This document shows positions 21,554 to 32,318 of a stretch of DNA of 64,000 bases, one piece after another. Made by a program: the position numbers and the translations under genes. This DNA comes from Cyanidioschyzon merolae (Eukaryota), in the NCBI GenBank assembly GCA_000091205.1, contig AP006500.2. One strand, given 5' to 3'. A model generated the notes under the pieces. It made no database searches, had not been told where the DNA came from, and saw only the letters and a list, made by a program, of their open reading frames with translations. Within the stretch, counting starts at the first letter, position 1. Every line of letters begins with the position of its first letter.

Positions 21554-23083
21554 TGAACTTGAGGCGTGAACTTGTGATCAGGTCTTCAAAGGACTACGTC
21601 GAGTTCTCTTCTTCGTCAATCTCGCGGGACGCTTCGTTGCGTCTGGGTGTTGCCATGAAGCAGAACGATCGAAAAATTGAAGTGTGCGTCACTTGCGCAT
21701 GCTGCAGGTAACGCTATGGGAAGAGCGGAGCCTTGTACCTTTCATTCGGATGAGGGCGCCGGGTATTTTACGGGAACCCTGTTGGAAGGCGTCAGGAATC
21801 ATACGCCGATTCGGGTGCCATCACGAATGCCAGCGGCACAGAACCAAATGATCCACTTCGAAAAGACGACTGAGCCCTCTAAAACACGTATGAATCCTTC
21901 ATCATTTATGACTGCACTTGGAATGTCGAAGATGTACCTCTAAAACGATTCCGAAACATCGAAAGGCATGAGCAGCTTGAGCAGATCGGTGTTCCAGTGT
22001 ATCGTCTGACACGGGTATTGCACATGCATCATGAACGCAAGCGAGTACGTGGGCGAGTGCAGCTATGTTCGTGTTCTGCGCGACTTTGAGACTCGTATTT
22101 GTGCCACCGCAAGGTTGTCGCACTGGTCGGGGCTCACCCTCGAGTCCAAGTCCCTGTGCAGTGGTGATGATCGCGACGCGACGTGTTCATGAATCGACCT
22201 TCACGACACAATGCTGCTGCAACCGAGAACAGTGATCCTCGCACGCGTTGCGTACATTGCGTGTTTACTACAGACAGCTTGGCTACGACGCTCGACTTGC
22301 TAACGCATCATCTTTTTTCATGATGCTATGTTCGCGAAGATTGTGTTTCGAAACAGTCCCTTGTGTAGCACTGCGGCTCGCAAGTCGCCCGCTTCTGACG
22401 CTTGGGTCGGTTTTGAGCAGCGAGCTCAAAACGGAAACGCCATTCGATGCTTACGGAATCCGGACGATGTGTCTCACACCTACCAATGGAGCAGACAAAT
22501 ATCAGACACATCCAATGCAGCGAATGAACACTAGTTACTTCCACAAGGCACGTTGCACAAGCAAGACTACTTGGGCTGGGAATTTCCAACCCATGTGACC
22601 CAAGCCCGAAATACGTCAGCGCTCGATAGCACCGTTGCAGCGACCAGCTTCGTAGGGAGAACGCTGCACCACCGGCTGCTTCAGACAACGTACCCTGCCG
22701 ATGAGGCAGGGTTCGATACCCGCTACCTATGCCGGCAGCACCACTGGCGCCACCACTACCGCGTTGCTCATGCTGCGCGTGCCCAGCGCGGTGTTCTCTC
22801 TGGATGGCGTCGGAGGCAGCGACAGCGTACCCAAATGACGTCTACATCAGGTCTGCGTCCTGCGCATATTGTTCGCGTGCGCTCTGGTTAGCTTCAGCGG
22901 TACCTGGTAAGCAGTGCTTGTCTCCGCAGCACCAGTTCCGGCGAGGACAAGAGCAGCGGTCCATAGCGCCTGCCAGAGGCAGTAGGCCTTGGCGCATCGC
23001 AACCGGCTCATGGAACGTCCAATGGCAACTGCGCACGTACCCAAAAACACATCCACAAACACAGACATACATAGCGCGTCGAT

Positions 23084-25045
23084 TTACAGTGCGCTTGTGT
23101 TCAGCGAGGAAATATAATCCTTCAAGCCGACTAGACCACTAGTATGACGCAGTTTTCGAAACGCAGCATTCTCTATCGCTCTAACCTCTTCACGCGGTAA
23201 ACGCACCAGCGCACCTACTTCATCAATTGTCTTGGCAATGCCCGAGTCCAGACCGTATCGCAAACGCACAACCCTCATTTCCACATGATTCAGCAACTGG
23301 AGGGAACGCTCGAGATCTTCACGAAGCATGCTCAGCTCAATTTGCTCCTCAGGCGAAGCGCTTTCATGCACGATCGAATCCGCAAGGGTTGTGCGGTCTC
23401 GTTCCGAGCCAGACTGGTTGTTCCCAAACCGAACCGAGGATTCCAGCGAGATGGTCTGCACTGCAAGCGAACGCAATTCACGCAAGCGCTTCCGGGATAT
23501 TCCCAACCGTTCACAGATATCCGCTTCGGTTGGTTCGCAGCCCCGTTCGATGCTCAGGTCGCGCGCGGCTTTGCGAACGGCGAGTATGCGATCATGCATA
23601 TGAACAGGAAGCCGAACGATACGACCTTGGTCCGCAAGCGCGCGCATGACGCTCTGTTTCACCCACCAGGTCGCGTAGGTGCTGAAACGACATCCGCGTC
23701 GGTCGTCGAACTTTTCTGCCGCCCGAATGAGGCCGAGCGAGCCCTCCTGGATGAGATCCTCCAGGGGCAGACCTTTGCGCATGTATCGCTTGGCAATGGA
23801 CACCACGAGTCGGAGGTTCGCTGCTACCATACGGTCCTTCGCTCGCCGTGCTTCGGCAAGGTTCCTGCGAAAGCGCTCTGGGTCGACACCGAGATGCTCT
23901 GCGAGTTCATCATCCGTTGGTGCTCGATCCAGTGCCCCGTGGAGCTCGATTCGCTTGCGCTCCCAATGCAAAAGCCGTGAAATCTGACGTGAAAGCGATA
24001 CTTCCTCCTCAGGGGTGAGCATATCCACACGTCCGATCATGCGCAAGTACCAGCGCAGGGTACTGCTCTCGCTGGAACGCGCACGAGGGGTTTCGGGATA
24101 TGTCTCCCACGCCAGCGGCTCATTGTCGGAAGGATCATCTTCACTGTAGTCGAGTTCCCGAATGCTCGGTCCGTCATCATCCGCTGCACGTTCGCTGTCC
24201 TGGATGCGTTCCCACCGGGCATTCACTACGGCGGATGGATTCGTAGAGAGGGATCGACGTGATCCTTGTGGCAACTTGTGAACTGCATCATTCAGAGATG
24301 TTGGGCTGAGTCGTTGGTCGGCATTGGACAACTGACGTTGCCGAGCTGGCCGGACACTCTTACTTGAACGTGTTTTCGCGCTCGGAGAGGTAGTTTCACG
24401 CATATGAGCTTGCCCAGGCCCGCCAGGGTGCTTCGCCTCCCAGTTTGGTACCGGCAGGCGATTATCCACGGAAACGAAAGTTTCCTCCAAAGGGGTTTGG
24501 AGCGGCGAATCAGGTACTGCCGACGTAGACTGGCCAACACGAAGCGTTGCAGCTCTCGCCTGACGACGACGCGAGCTGCCGGTTCGCTCGGGCGTACGCT
24601 GCGCACCGGAACTCGCATCCGGAGTCGTACCGCTGTCCACTGACTTGGGCACATGTTCACGCTGCTCGTCGCGTGCCACGGGACCTAGCGGTGCTGGGGC
24701 ACAAACACTGTTCGCCTCCGGCTCAAGTTTTCTAGCTCCATCAACAAAACCATGCTTTTCGAGAGCGTACTCAGCGCCTAGGTCTCGTGATCTGTTCGTG
24801 TTCGCGCAGCAGCGACAGCTGCGCAAGAGGCGCGGCTCGGCCACAACTAGCCTCACACCGCGACCAGGGCAAGTCTTGCCGTGCTGCAACCGCTGCCCGG
24901 CACGCGGCAGATCCAGTTGCTTTAGCGGGCGCACCCTCCATAGACCGAGCGTCGCCGTGACGAAACCTACACCGTCGCTGCTTAGCCTGCAGCAGCGCGC
25001 CTCAGCGCTCGCGGTACGTCCCTGCGTGAACATTGCCCAAGCCAC
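23084..25045 (-). CDS. RNA polymerase sigma-70 family factor (nuclear-encoded plastid sigma factor)
   Basis: The C-terminal half carries canonical regions 2-4: 'RNLAEARRAKDRMVAANLRLVVSIAKRYMRKGLPLEDLIQEGSLGLIRAAEKFDDRRGCRFSTYATWWVKQSVMRAL' (regions 2.1-2.4), 'TIDEVGALVRLPREEVRAIENAAFRKLR' (region 4.2) and others. A long low-complexity N-terminal extension is consistent with an organelle-targeted eukaryotic sigma factor. Confidence 0.85.
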   Translation of the reverse strand: MAWAMFTQGRTASAEARCCRLSSDGVGFVTATLGLWRVRPLKQLDLPRAGQRLQHGKTCPGRGVRLVVAEPRLLRSCRCCANTNRSRDLGAEYALEKHGFVDGARKLEPEANSVCAPAPLGPVARDEQREHVPKSVDSGTTPDASSGAQRTPERTGSSRRRQARAATLRVGQSTSAVPDSPLQTPLEETFVSVDNRLPVPNWEAKHPGGPGQAHMRETTSPSAKTRSSKSVRPARQRQLSNADQRLSPTSLNDAVHKLPQGSRRSLSTNPSAVVNARWERIQDSERAADDDGPSIRELDYSEDDPSDNEPLAWETYPETPRARSSESSTLRWYLRMIGRVDMLTPEEEVSLSRQISRLLHWERKRIELHGALDRAPTDDELAEHLGVDPERFRRNLAEARRAKDRMVAANLRLVVSIAKRYMRKGLPLEDLIQEGSLGLIRAAEKFDDRRGCRFSTYATWWVKQSVMRALADQGRIVRLPVHMHDRILAVRKAARDLSIERGCEPTEADICERLGISRKRLRELRSLAVQTISLESSVRFGNNQSGSERDRTTLADSIVHESASPEEQIELSMLREDLERSLQLLNHVEMRVVRLRYGLDSGIAKTIDEVGALVRLPREEVRAIENAAFRKLRHTSGLVGLKDYISSLNTSAL

Positions 25046-25359
25046 GTCTGTCTCGATGCCCTCCCAAATTCAAGAAATAGGAGTCCAGCTCGAAGAACCA
25101 AGCTTCACCAAGTAGCCTTTTTGAGCAGAGCACGTCCCTGGTTCGACAAATGGGAGTACCACGAACGACAACCGCCTTTCAAAAGAAAAACGCTGTCACT
25201 GGCCGTATACAGTCGTGGCGGCGAATGCGCGTAGACAAAACGCCTCCAACTGACGCGCAGACGCTTCCGAGGCTTTCTCGACCGGCCACCCACGACTGCT
25301 TCCAATTGTTTCTAATATAGTTCCACTTTGGGATGTTGTCCAACAATGTTTTCTCATGT

Positions 25360-25884
25360 CTACGCTGGAGGTCTCTTCTCCAGCACCGCACATCTCCGGA
25401 TATTGATTGCGGCGTTAAAGTCTCGGTTCACAAACTCCATCCGTTTCTTGCCATCGTTGGTTGTACTTACGAATGCGAGTAGCCCTCGAACTTTCGCCCT
25501 CCTTTCCATTTGCTCCTCCGTCAGCGGTCCGAACTTTTTTATATCCTCAGGGCTCCGCTGGCACTTTTCCATATCGACCCGCTGGAGTGTACACCTCAGC
25601 CCGTGGTGTGTATACGATGTTCGGAACTCATCTACAGGTATCGTAACGAAACGCCTTGCGCACTGCTTGTACGTTCTTGTCGTTGGAGCTGGCGTACACC
25701 CTTTTCGGGTCTTCCAGCGCCCTGCTCCGCGTGCTACTACGAGCCTCTGACTTTTATCCTCTTTGAAGGCGCTCATTGGAAAAATTCGCAGATGCACGCT
25801 GCCTCCCACCGTATAGATGAATACGTAGACGAGCCCAAAAGGGCTTTGTGTACTCTTTCCACAGCGCCTCACAATGAGCAACAC
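25360..25884 (-). CDS. TnpB/Fanzor-like nuclease, C-terminal segment (OrfB Zn-ribbon region + RuvC-III)
   Basis: '...[30 protein letters not shown]...[28 protein letters not shown]'. The Zn finger appears degenerate (HH...C...C instead of CxxC...CxxC). Confidence 0.7.
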   Translation of the reverse strand: MLLIVRRCGKSTQSPFGLVYVFIYTVGGSVHLRIFPMSAFKEDKSQRLVVARGAGRWKTRKGCTPAPTTRTYKQCARRFVTIPVDEFRTSYTHHGLRCTLQRVDMEKCQRSPEDIKKFGPLTEEQMERRAKVRGLLAFVSTTNDGKKRMEFVNRDFNAAINIRRCAVLEKRPPA

Positions 25885-25975
25885 GAATTTCCATGAATTT
25901 CAGAAACGCTTTAAAGTCCGCTCCGCGGCAAGTCACCTCGCTCAAAGCTTCCCGGTGATCCTTCATTCCATCGTT

Positions 25976-26578
25976 CTACGTCTCAATTTTCTTCCTTGCA
26001 TTCATGATTCCCGATTCTCGATAGTATCTCGCTCTCGAGAACCTCAACAGACGCACGTCTTTCTGACGCAAGTTGCCGTCGGTATCATCTCCCCCACGCT
26101 TGGGTACAGCGACGGTTATAATATTCGTGTTCCCGGGGTCCGCGCCACCGACAAAGCAATTCTCATGCACTTTCCGCGTCGCAGGACCCGCCTCCTTCTT
26201 TTTTTCATGCTTCGTCGCGCCAACCGTAAAGTCGTTAGCTTGCACTTTCTGTGTCGCAGGATCCTTCTCCTTCTCATCTTCATGCTTCGTCAGCGGCGGA
26301 ACTGGACGATCCACCTTCAACCGCCGATAGTGTACACACAGGGCTACTCCATCGGTTTCGATCAACCCAGTGAACAACTTTTGCTTGCTTATTTTGAGAC
26401 GTTTGAAAACGAAGATATTCTTCCAGTGCATCTCCCTGTTCTCACCTGTGAACTCTGCCCTCCTTACATCGAACTCGGGACTGATCTCCTTCATGATGCC
26501 ATGAAGGACTCTGGAGCCGGTAGTAACAAAATGTGACTTGATGGTGCACATTGGAACGACGTTGGAGCGCTTCCCCAT
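25976..26578 (-). CDS. TnpB/Fanzor-like nuclease, central segment with the RuvC-I motif
   Basis: '...[51 protein letters not shown]'. It contains an internal tandem duplication of ~66 bp (26160-26290; '[16 protein letters not shown]' / '[16 protein letters not shown]'). It is out of frame with the downstream segment, indicating a frameshift or a small intron. Confidence 0.65.
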   Translation of the reverse strand: MGKRSNVVPMCTIKSHFVTTGSRVLHGIMKEISPEFDVRRAEFTGENREMHWKNIFVFKRLKISKQKLFTGLIETDGVALCVHYRRLKVDRPVPPLTKHEDEKEKDPATQKVQANDFTVGATKHEKKKEAGPATRKVHENCFVGGADPGNTNIITVAVPKRGGDDTDGNLRQKDVRLLRFSRARYYRESGIMNARKKIET

Positions 26579-29500
26579 TAGGGCCGCCTTCCGTCTCTCC
26601 CACTCTTCATTTTTTCGTCACTCAGCTTTATTTCCGCCTTGCGTTCTGGCGCTCGGTCCAGAAACGCGAAATAGCACAGAATGAGGCGATAGTATCTTTC
26701 ATTATCTTTTTTCAGCTCTGATATCTTTTCTCTTGAATTCGCCAGCCCCGAGACTGCACGGTGCTCTTGTATAACAGCACGGATTACAGAAGCTTCATTC
26801 GTGCTCCTGCGTGATTTCTTCTCGTCGACGAATTCGATCTAATCTTCATGCTTGCGATCGTTCGTGATACCGTTGATAATCGCCCATATTCCTTTGCGAG
26901 ACAGGCCCGGGTAAATTGCAAACACGGCGCATATCATAAAACGTTCGAGGTTCATCCTCAAATGCTTCTTCAGGTTCGTGAGGTACTTCATCGCCCCGTA
27001 TGTGTAAGTATCCCGGTCACCCCTGTATCGAGTACCCTCGAAGCGGAATTCCGCGAAGTTTTCGTGGAGGACGTGCACTAGCTCATTTTCCGTCCGCGTT
27101 TCCCCTGTGCCAAGCATCAGGTGACGAATAAAGGTCTTGTCGAAAACTCGTCCGGAATCTCGACTGTTTCCGTATGCGCCACGTCTTCGTACATCTCCCT
27201 CGCCATATGCATGACTCCTAAAGAAGCCTTTATAACACTCATGGGGTACGAATCGACACGGTTCCTGATAGCGTCTCGCAACTTTTCCTTGTAGGGATCC
27301 TTGATATGTTTACGAAGACAGGCGTTTACCACCATCTCGTCGTACTTTCGTCTTTCGTACAGCATGTAAAGTCGGGTCTCCTGCCTTAGCTTCTTCGTCT
27401 TCTCCTGCTCCACTTGGCTCGGCACTCTGTTTCGCTTTCTCTGGCAGCCGGCGAGGTTGTACCACCGGTATCATCCACTTGCTTCTCCATACGTTTCCAT
27501 TTTTGAAAAAGAACGCGCTTTGATCGCTTCTGCTATGTAGCGCGAAAAATCAATCGAATACACCCCCCCTGAGGATTGAAACACAATGGAACTGAGAAGC
27601 TATACTTGCGGCCACTTTCACACAAATACACCCTGTACGATAGAACAACACGCGAAAGATCAGAATCGCGTTTCCCTTCAACGGCGACATGCGCGTCATG
27701 TCTCGTGACTGCCGGATCTCCCGGGTGCGCGTATCGAGCGCACTATGTACCAACAAGAACATAGACTAACGATAAACTACCAACGATACAAAAATTCCTT
27801 TCCCCTCTACGATAAACGTTGAACGTGGGAAACCGCTTCCGTACTGTCGAAAGTTAGCCTTCTTGACGGAAGGTCCCGCGAGCCGGACGAGTCTGTCACG
27901 TTTGTGTTTCATGCTGCACTCAGTGGCAGGTACTTCAGTGGCAGGTACTTCAGTGAAATCTGAGCCACTCGTCCGCAACGCAGTTTCCTCTGAGACTAGG
28001 GGCAGTTAAGCTGTGTCTGGGCGTCGCCCATGTTGCAACTATCTCCGAGCATATCGCTTGGCGCTGCTGCAGGCAGTAGGGCTGTCTGCCCAGTTTTCAG
28101 GCTCCCAGAATGACAATTAGCTCTGATTCCGTGTCAGGTGTAGTATTCGTCGGGCCGACACCATCGGGAGTATGGCAAAGCCGTTCTGGCTACGTGCAGC
28201 ATCTGCTCCAGCGGTGTAGGCGCTGCAGCGGGTGCTCAGCGCAGGCACTCGGCACACGGTAGAACGTTCGAAACGATCAGTATACCCGAGATGAAGAGTA
28301 AGTAATGGAACTTGAAGGTAGGATGCATGATGATGGGCGCTTCCCCGAAAGCCATTATCTATGCCGCAATCTGAGATCCATGGTTCATGTAAACGTTTTG
28401 ATATCGAAAAAAAAATCGCTACCGCCATTGTCATCCCCGCGGATCCATCAACTGGTGATCGCCTCGTCCATGATCTGTTTCATTGCACAGGTCGCTCGAT
28501 GGACAAGCGTTCCTCAACTGCGCGCTTGAGATGAGCGATCGGGAAAGCATCCATCGATCTAGGTCCTGCCTCCAAGTTCCGTGGTGCATACGTCTCCTCC
28601 GAGTGTACTCGTTATCTCTTATGTTCTGTGGTATGCGTCGAGGCTGTTGTGAGCGTTTGCGATAGCGCGTGTAGCGTCGATGCGCACGCAGCCCCGAGGT
28701 CATGTCCACGAAGCGGTTTGTGTGCACGGCCGCCGATGTATTGCTAGTGAAACATGTCGATACAGTGGATCGGGAGTGCTCTGGATGCACTGGTGCTGTC
28801 GGCAGCTGGGGAATGGACACTTGTTTCTTCTCGGATATGGCAGCGTCGTGATGCCTGCAGACCAATTTCCTAGACGAGAATCGGGATTCATAGCATAGAC
28901 GCTTGAACGCTGCGCCCTATCAAACCGCTGGTAGCGGAGCCTGTGGCAGCGCGCAACCCTATACGCCCGCTCGTGCCGCGGAGCATGGCGCAGGCTTCAT
29001 GGTATTCGCGCATGCGTTCAAAAAAGGGTCCCGGAGTGCATCGCTGCCCGTTCCACTGAGGTCGCAGGCTCACCGATACCGCCTCATCGATCCTGGGGCC
29101 GTTCATATCAGTGGATGGAGGTGCTGCGTGATGAAACTACGCAGAGAGGTTTTACCTGGATTCAGACTGCAGCAGGAAGCACGCCTTCGTTCAGTCTCGA
29201 GAGTGCTTGCCTCAGCAGCAGCGCAGTGTCATTTGCCATGAAAACCTACGCAGGTGTCCCAGCGGTCCAGCGTCGCGAGAGGCTACGGATAGCAGCTCCC
29301 CCCGGATCGATGCAGATGCAATTGCGGCTAGGCGAAACCGATATCTGTGCCCGGCACGAATCGTGAATGTGGATACGTATACGGATGCATCCATAAGTGC
29401 GTCCATCGCTCGCCAAGGTCGATGCAGCGTCCGTTATTGCGCAAAAAACGACGATTCCGTGGACCTTCAGCGAAAAGGCGAGCTGCGCTCCACATTCCAT

Positions 29501-29678
29501 CTCCCCTGTGCTGCAGGCTCCTGTTCGGCGCAACGCATCTATAGACACGATGCAGCGCTCGTGGTAGCCTGTGGCGAAAATTCGATCGAGTTGTCTCTCA
29601 GAGACCACATGAATGGCCACTAGATGAACGCCAGGGGGTGCCTCGGGGCTCGCGCTCGCGACCCCGAATCCCTTTGGA

Positions 29679-30908
29679 TCACGATTTGAAGCGCCGCTCA
29701 AAAGCCTGCAACGTGTTCAAGAGCAGCATCGCAATCGTCATCGGTCCGACACCGCCAGGTACCGGTGTGATCAGGGCAGCGCGCTCTTTCGCGGTATCGA
29801 ACTCGACGTCTCCGACGAGACGATAGCCGCGGGGCGCAGACTCATCTGGTACTGAATTGATACCCACGTCAATGACAACCGCCCCGGGCTTAATCCAGCT
29901 ACCCTTGACAAAGTTCGCGCGGCCAATCGCTGCCACGACGATATCCGCCCGTCCGACCTGCTCTGCAATGTCCGCCGTCCGGCTGTGACAGACGGTAACC
30001 GTGGCATTCCGCTGCAGCAACAGGAGCGCCATCGGTAAACCGACGACATTGCTTCGGCCGAGCACAACGGCATGCTTGCCCTCTATCTTCACACTGGCCC
30101 GGTCGAGTAGTTCCAGGCAGCCGCGCGGCGTGCACGCGATCGCCAGCGGTGGATACAGCGGACTCTTCAAACACAGACGCCCGATGTTCAACGGATGGAA
30201 GCCATCCACATCCTTCTCCAGAGATATCTCTTGCAGAACACGCTCACTTTTGATATGCTCTGGTAACGGCAGCTGAATTAGAATGCCGTCTATACTGTCA
30301 TCCGCGTTCAGCCGACGAACCAAGGAAGTGAGCTCCTCTTCTGAGACGCTCTCCTCCAGCGCAAATAACAGCGAGTGAATCCCAACCTCCTCACAGGCTT
30401 TTCGTTTGTTCCGCACGTAGGTCTGAGAGTCCGTTCTTGAACCAACAATAATAACGGCAAGGCCGGGAACCCTACCGTATTGGTTGCTCAGTTCCCGTAC
30501 CCTGCCTCCTATTTCGTTCTTTACCTGGTTCGCTATCGCTTTCCCGTCCAGTAGTCGCGACGCTGCGCTATGGTTCTGCATAGCAACTGGTGGACCCAAA
30601 GACTGTACCGGGTGTTTCAACGTCCCTGTGTCTGAGAAACTTCCCAACTGGAGGCGAAGCGCAACCCGCTGCTCTGCAGGAAGCCTCGCGTGCTCTGCTG
30701 CTGCTGCTGCGAAGCGATAGCGTCGACGCCGCGAGCACTGTGCCGAGGCCACCCGCGACCCCGGTGTGCGCTGCCGTCCACTGCAGCGTTGCCCAAACCA
30801 GGAGCCTTGTGGGGTGAAGCCCGGTGCCAGGTACCGTGTTCCACTAGGACTATGTTGAAGGACAACGGGTGCAGTTGTGCGTAAGCCTACACGAGGGGCG
30901 TTTCCCAT
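29679..30908 (-). CDS. Bifunctional methylenetetrahydrofolate dehydrogenase / methenyltetrahydrofolate cyclohydrolase (FolD / MTHFD-type) with an N-terminal extension
   Basis: FolD family blocks are present: 'LLDGKAIANQVKNEIGGRV', 'PGLAVIIVGSRTDSQTYVRNKRKACEEVGI', 'DGILIQLPLPEHI', 'VVLGRSNVVGLPMALLL' and 'ITPVPGGVGPMTIAMLLLNTLQAFER'. The first ~100 aa form a likely transit peptide; an alternative start is the Met at ~30587 (MQNHS...). Confidence 0.85.
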   Translation of the reverse strand: MGNAPRVGLRTTAPVVLQHSPSGTRYLAPGFTPQGSWFGQRCSGRQRTPGSRVASAQCSRRRRYRFAAAAAEHARLPAEQRVALRLQLGSFSDTGTLKHPVQSLGPPVAMQNHSAASRLLDGKAIANQVKNEIGGRVRELSNQYGRVPGLAVIIVGSRTDSQTYVRNKRKACEEVGIHSLLFALEESVSEEELTSLVRRLNADDSIDGILIQLPLPEHIKSERVLQEISLEKDVDGFHPLNIGRLCLKSPLYPPLAIACTPRGCLELLDRASVKIEGKHAVVLGRSNVVGLPMALLLLQRNATVTVCHSRTADIAEQVGRADIVVAAIGRANFVKGSWIKPGAVVIDVGINSVPDESAPRGYRLVGDVEFDTAKERAALITPVPGGVGPMTIAMLLLNTLQAFERRFKS

Positions 30909-31179
30909 GAAAACGCTCGGACTCTAGAGGCGTCTCTCTCGATCGGCCTCTGCCGACCTCTCTGGTACACTGGAGGGCATCCCGTCGGCGGGGCAGGCGC
31001 GCCGGTCTCTAGACGCCAATGCGCCGACATGTCGAGATGCGCGCTGCTGGCGATGCCGCTAGGGCGACATTCCAGCACACTGAAGGCTTCTGCTAGCTGT
31101 TTGTTCACTTTATGGACAGTTAGATCGACTTCTTGGCATATCGAAAGCGCTATATAATACGTACGGAGGCGAATAGACT

Positions 31180-31695
31180 GTGTGGAGTATGGTATATTTC
31201 GAACATGCGTTGATGTGCGGGAAAACTGCAGTACTCGGTGAGCGCAGGTTGCAGGCGTTTGTTTTCAGTGCAGCGGCGGGGCGCCTCGCTGCTGGGGGCC
31301 ACGTGCCACGTTGCCGGGGACGTCCTTCACGAGGGATGCAACGCTTCTATCAGCGAGCGACGAAAGGGGCTCTTGGGTTTCGTGAACCTGTGCGGAGCGA
31401 GCTGGCACTCGATGGTGGTGGTGGTGGCGGCCAATCACTAGAGGCCCTCGGAACGTTGCCGACTGATGCCGAGTCTCAGCAGTACCTCGCGGACATCGAA
31501 CGGTTACGGGCTCTTGATCCCGAGACCTGCCCTACCTGCAAAAACGCAGGTATGATTCAGTGCCCGGCCTGCAATGGTTCGGGTTTGCGGCCGGCGAAGC
31601 CGGATGAGGTGTATCGTTTCTTCTGCGAGACGTGCCTGGGAAAGAAGCTGGTGCGCTGTCCCGACTGTCCAGGGCGGTGCCTCAGCTGCGGTTGA
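31180..31695 (+). CDS. DnaJ-type CxxCxGxG zinc-finger protein (BSD2 / Orange-domain-like chaperone fragment)
   Basis: The C-terminus has four CxxC-type motifs: 'CPTCKNAGMIQCPACNGSGLR...FCETCLGKKLVRCPDCPGRCLSCG'. The N-terminal presequence is hydrophobic and Arg-rich. Confidence 0.5.
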   Translation: MWSMVYFEHALMCGKTAVLGERRLQAFVFSAAAGRLAAGGHVPRCRGRPSRGMQRFYQRATKGALGFREPVRSELALDGGGGGGQSLEALGTLPTDAESQQYLADIERLRALDPETCPTCKNAGMIQCPACNGSGLRPAKPDEVYRFFCETCLGKKLVRCPDCPGRCLSCG

Positions 31696-32318
31696 TTCTA
31701 TGGGAAATGACAACGCGCGTGGTGCAGGCTGCATAAGTTTTGTCTGGTGGGTGCACGCGCTGCTCTGTGCTGGGTTCCAGAGGAACCCTCATGATAACTG
31801 AGGCGCGTTCTTGTCCGCGGCCTCTGCGTGACAACGCGAAGCGCTTCCACCCGCCCGAAAGAGGCAGCACCAGAGGCGAGGCATTCGCGGCGCTAATTTT
31901 CCCTCTATGGCAGGGACACGAGGAGCTTTCACATGAACGCAATGAAATGTCGCACGATGAAACATGCAGCGTCGCTCGACCTGTGTCCGGTATGTTGCAA
32001 GAGTTCCGTGAAGCGAACGCGCACGGAGCGCTAGCCGCATTACCCAATGTACGAAAGTGCGCTGGTTCAGCGTGAAGAGCAGCTTTTGGTGTGAGCCCAC
32101 CTATACTGTCTACGCAGCTGCTGGGCAACACTGGGCAACCCTGACACCGCGAGTCCGTGCTGACTACCACGTACAGAGCAAGACTGTAGCATCGATCCGT
32201 CGACAATGCGATATTCCATACACTACAGGGCGCTGCGTTCATACCTGCGCGCACGAACGCGTTGGCAGCCACGTCGGTGGATGTGCTCGGATCGACCGGT
32301 TTGCGCAGTTGATATCGT

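Larger units (their letters stand above)
25046..27425 (-). mobile_element. Fanzor/TnpB-like (OMEGA family) RuvC nuclease element: the most complete copy, with the gene in four ORF segments plus a conserved 3' noncoding block
   Basis: Minus-strand ORFs at 27117-27425, 26839-27117, 25976-26578 and 25360-25884 read as consecutive parts of one ~690-aa protein. They carry a RuvC-I-like '[18 protein letters not shown]' (D codon at 26138-26140), a TnpB-like '[21 protein letters not shown]' Zn-ribbon region and a RuvC-III '[17 protein letters not shown]' (D codon at 25420-25422). Local GC is clearly lower than in the flanks. The segment downstream of the stop (25046-25357) is conserved in three other dispersed copies. 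Confidence 0.7.
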
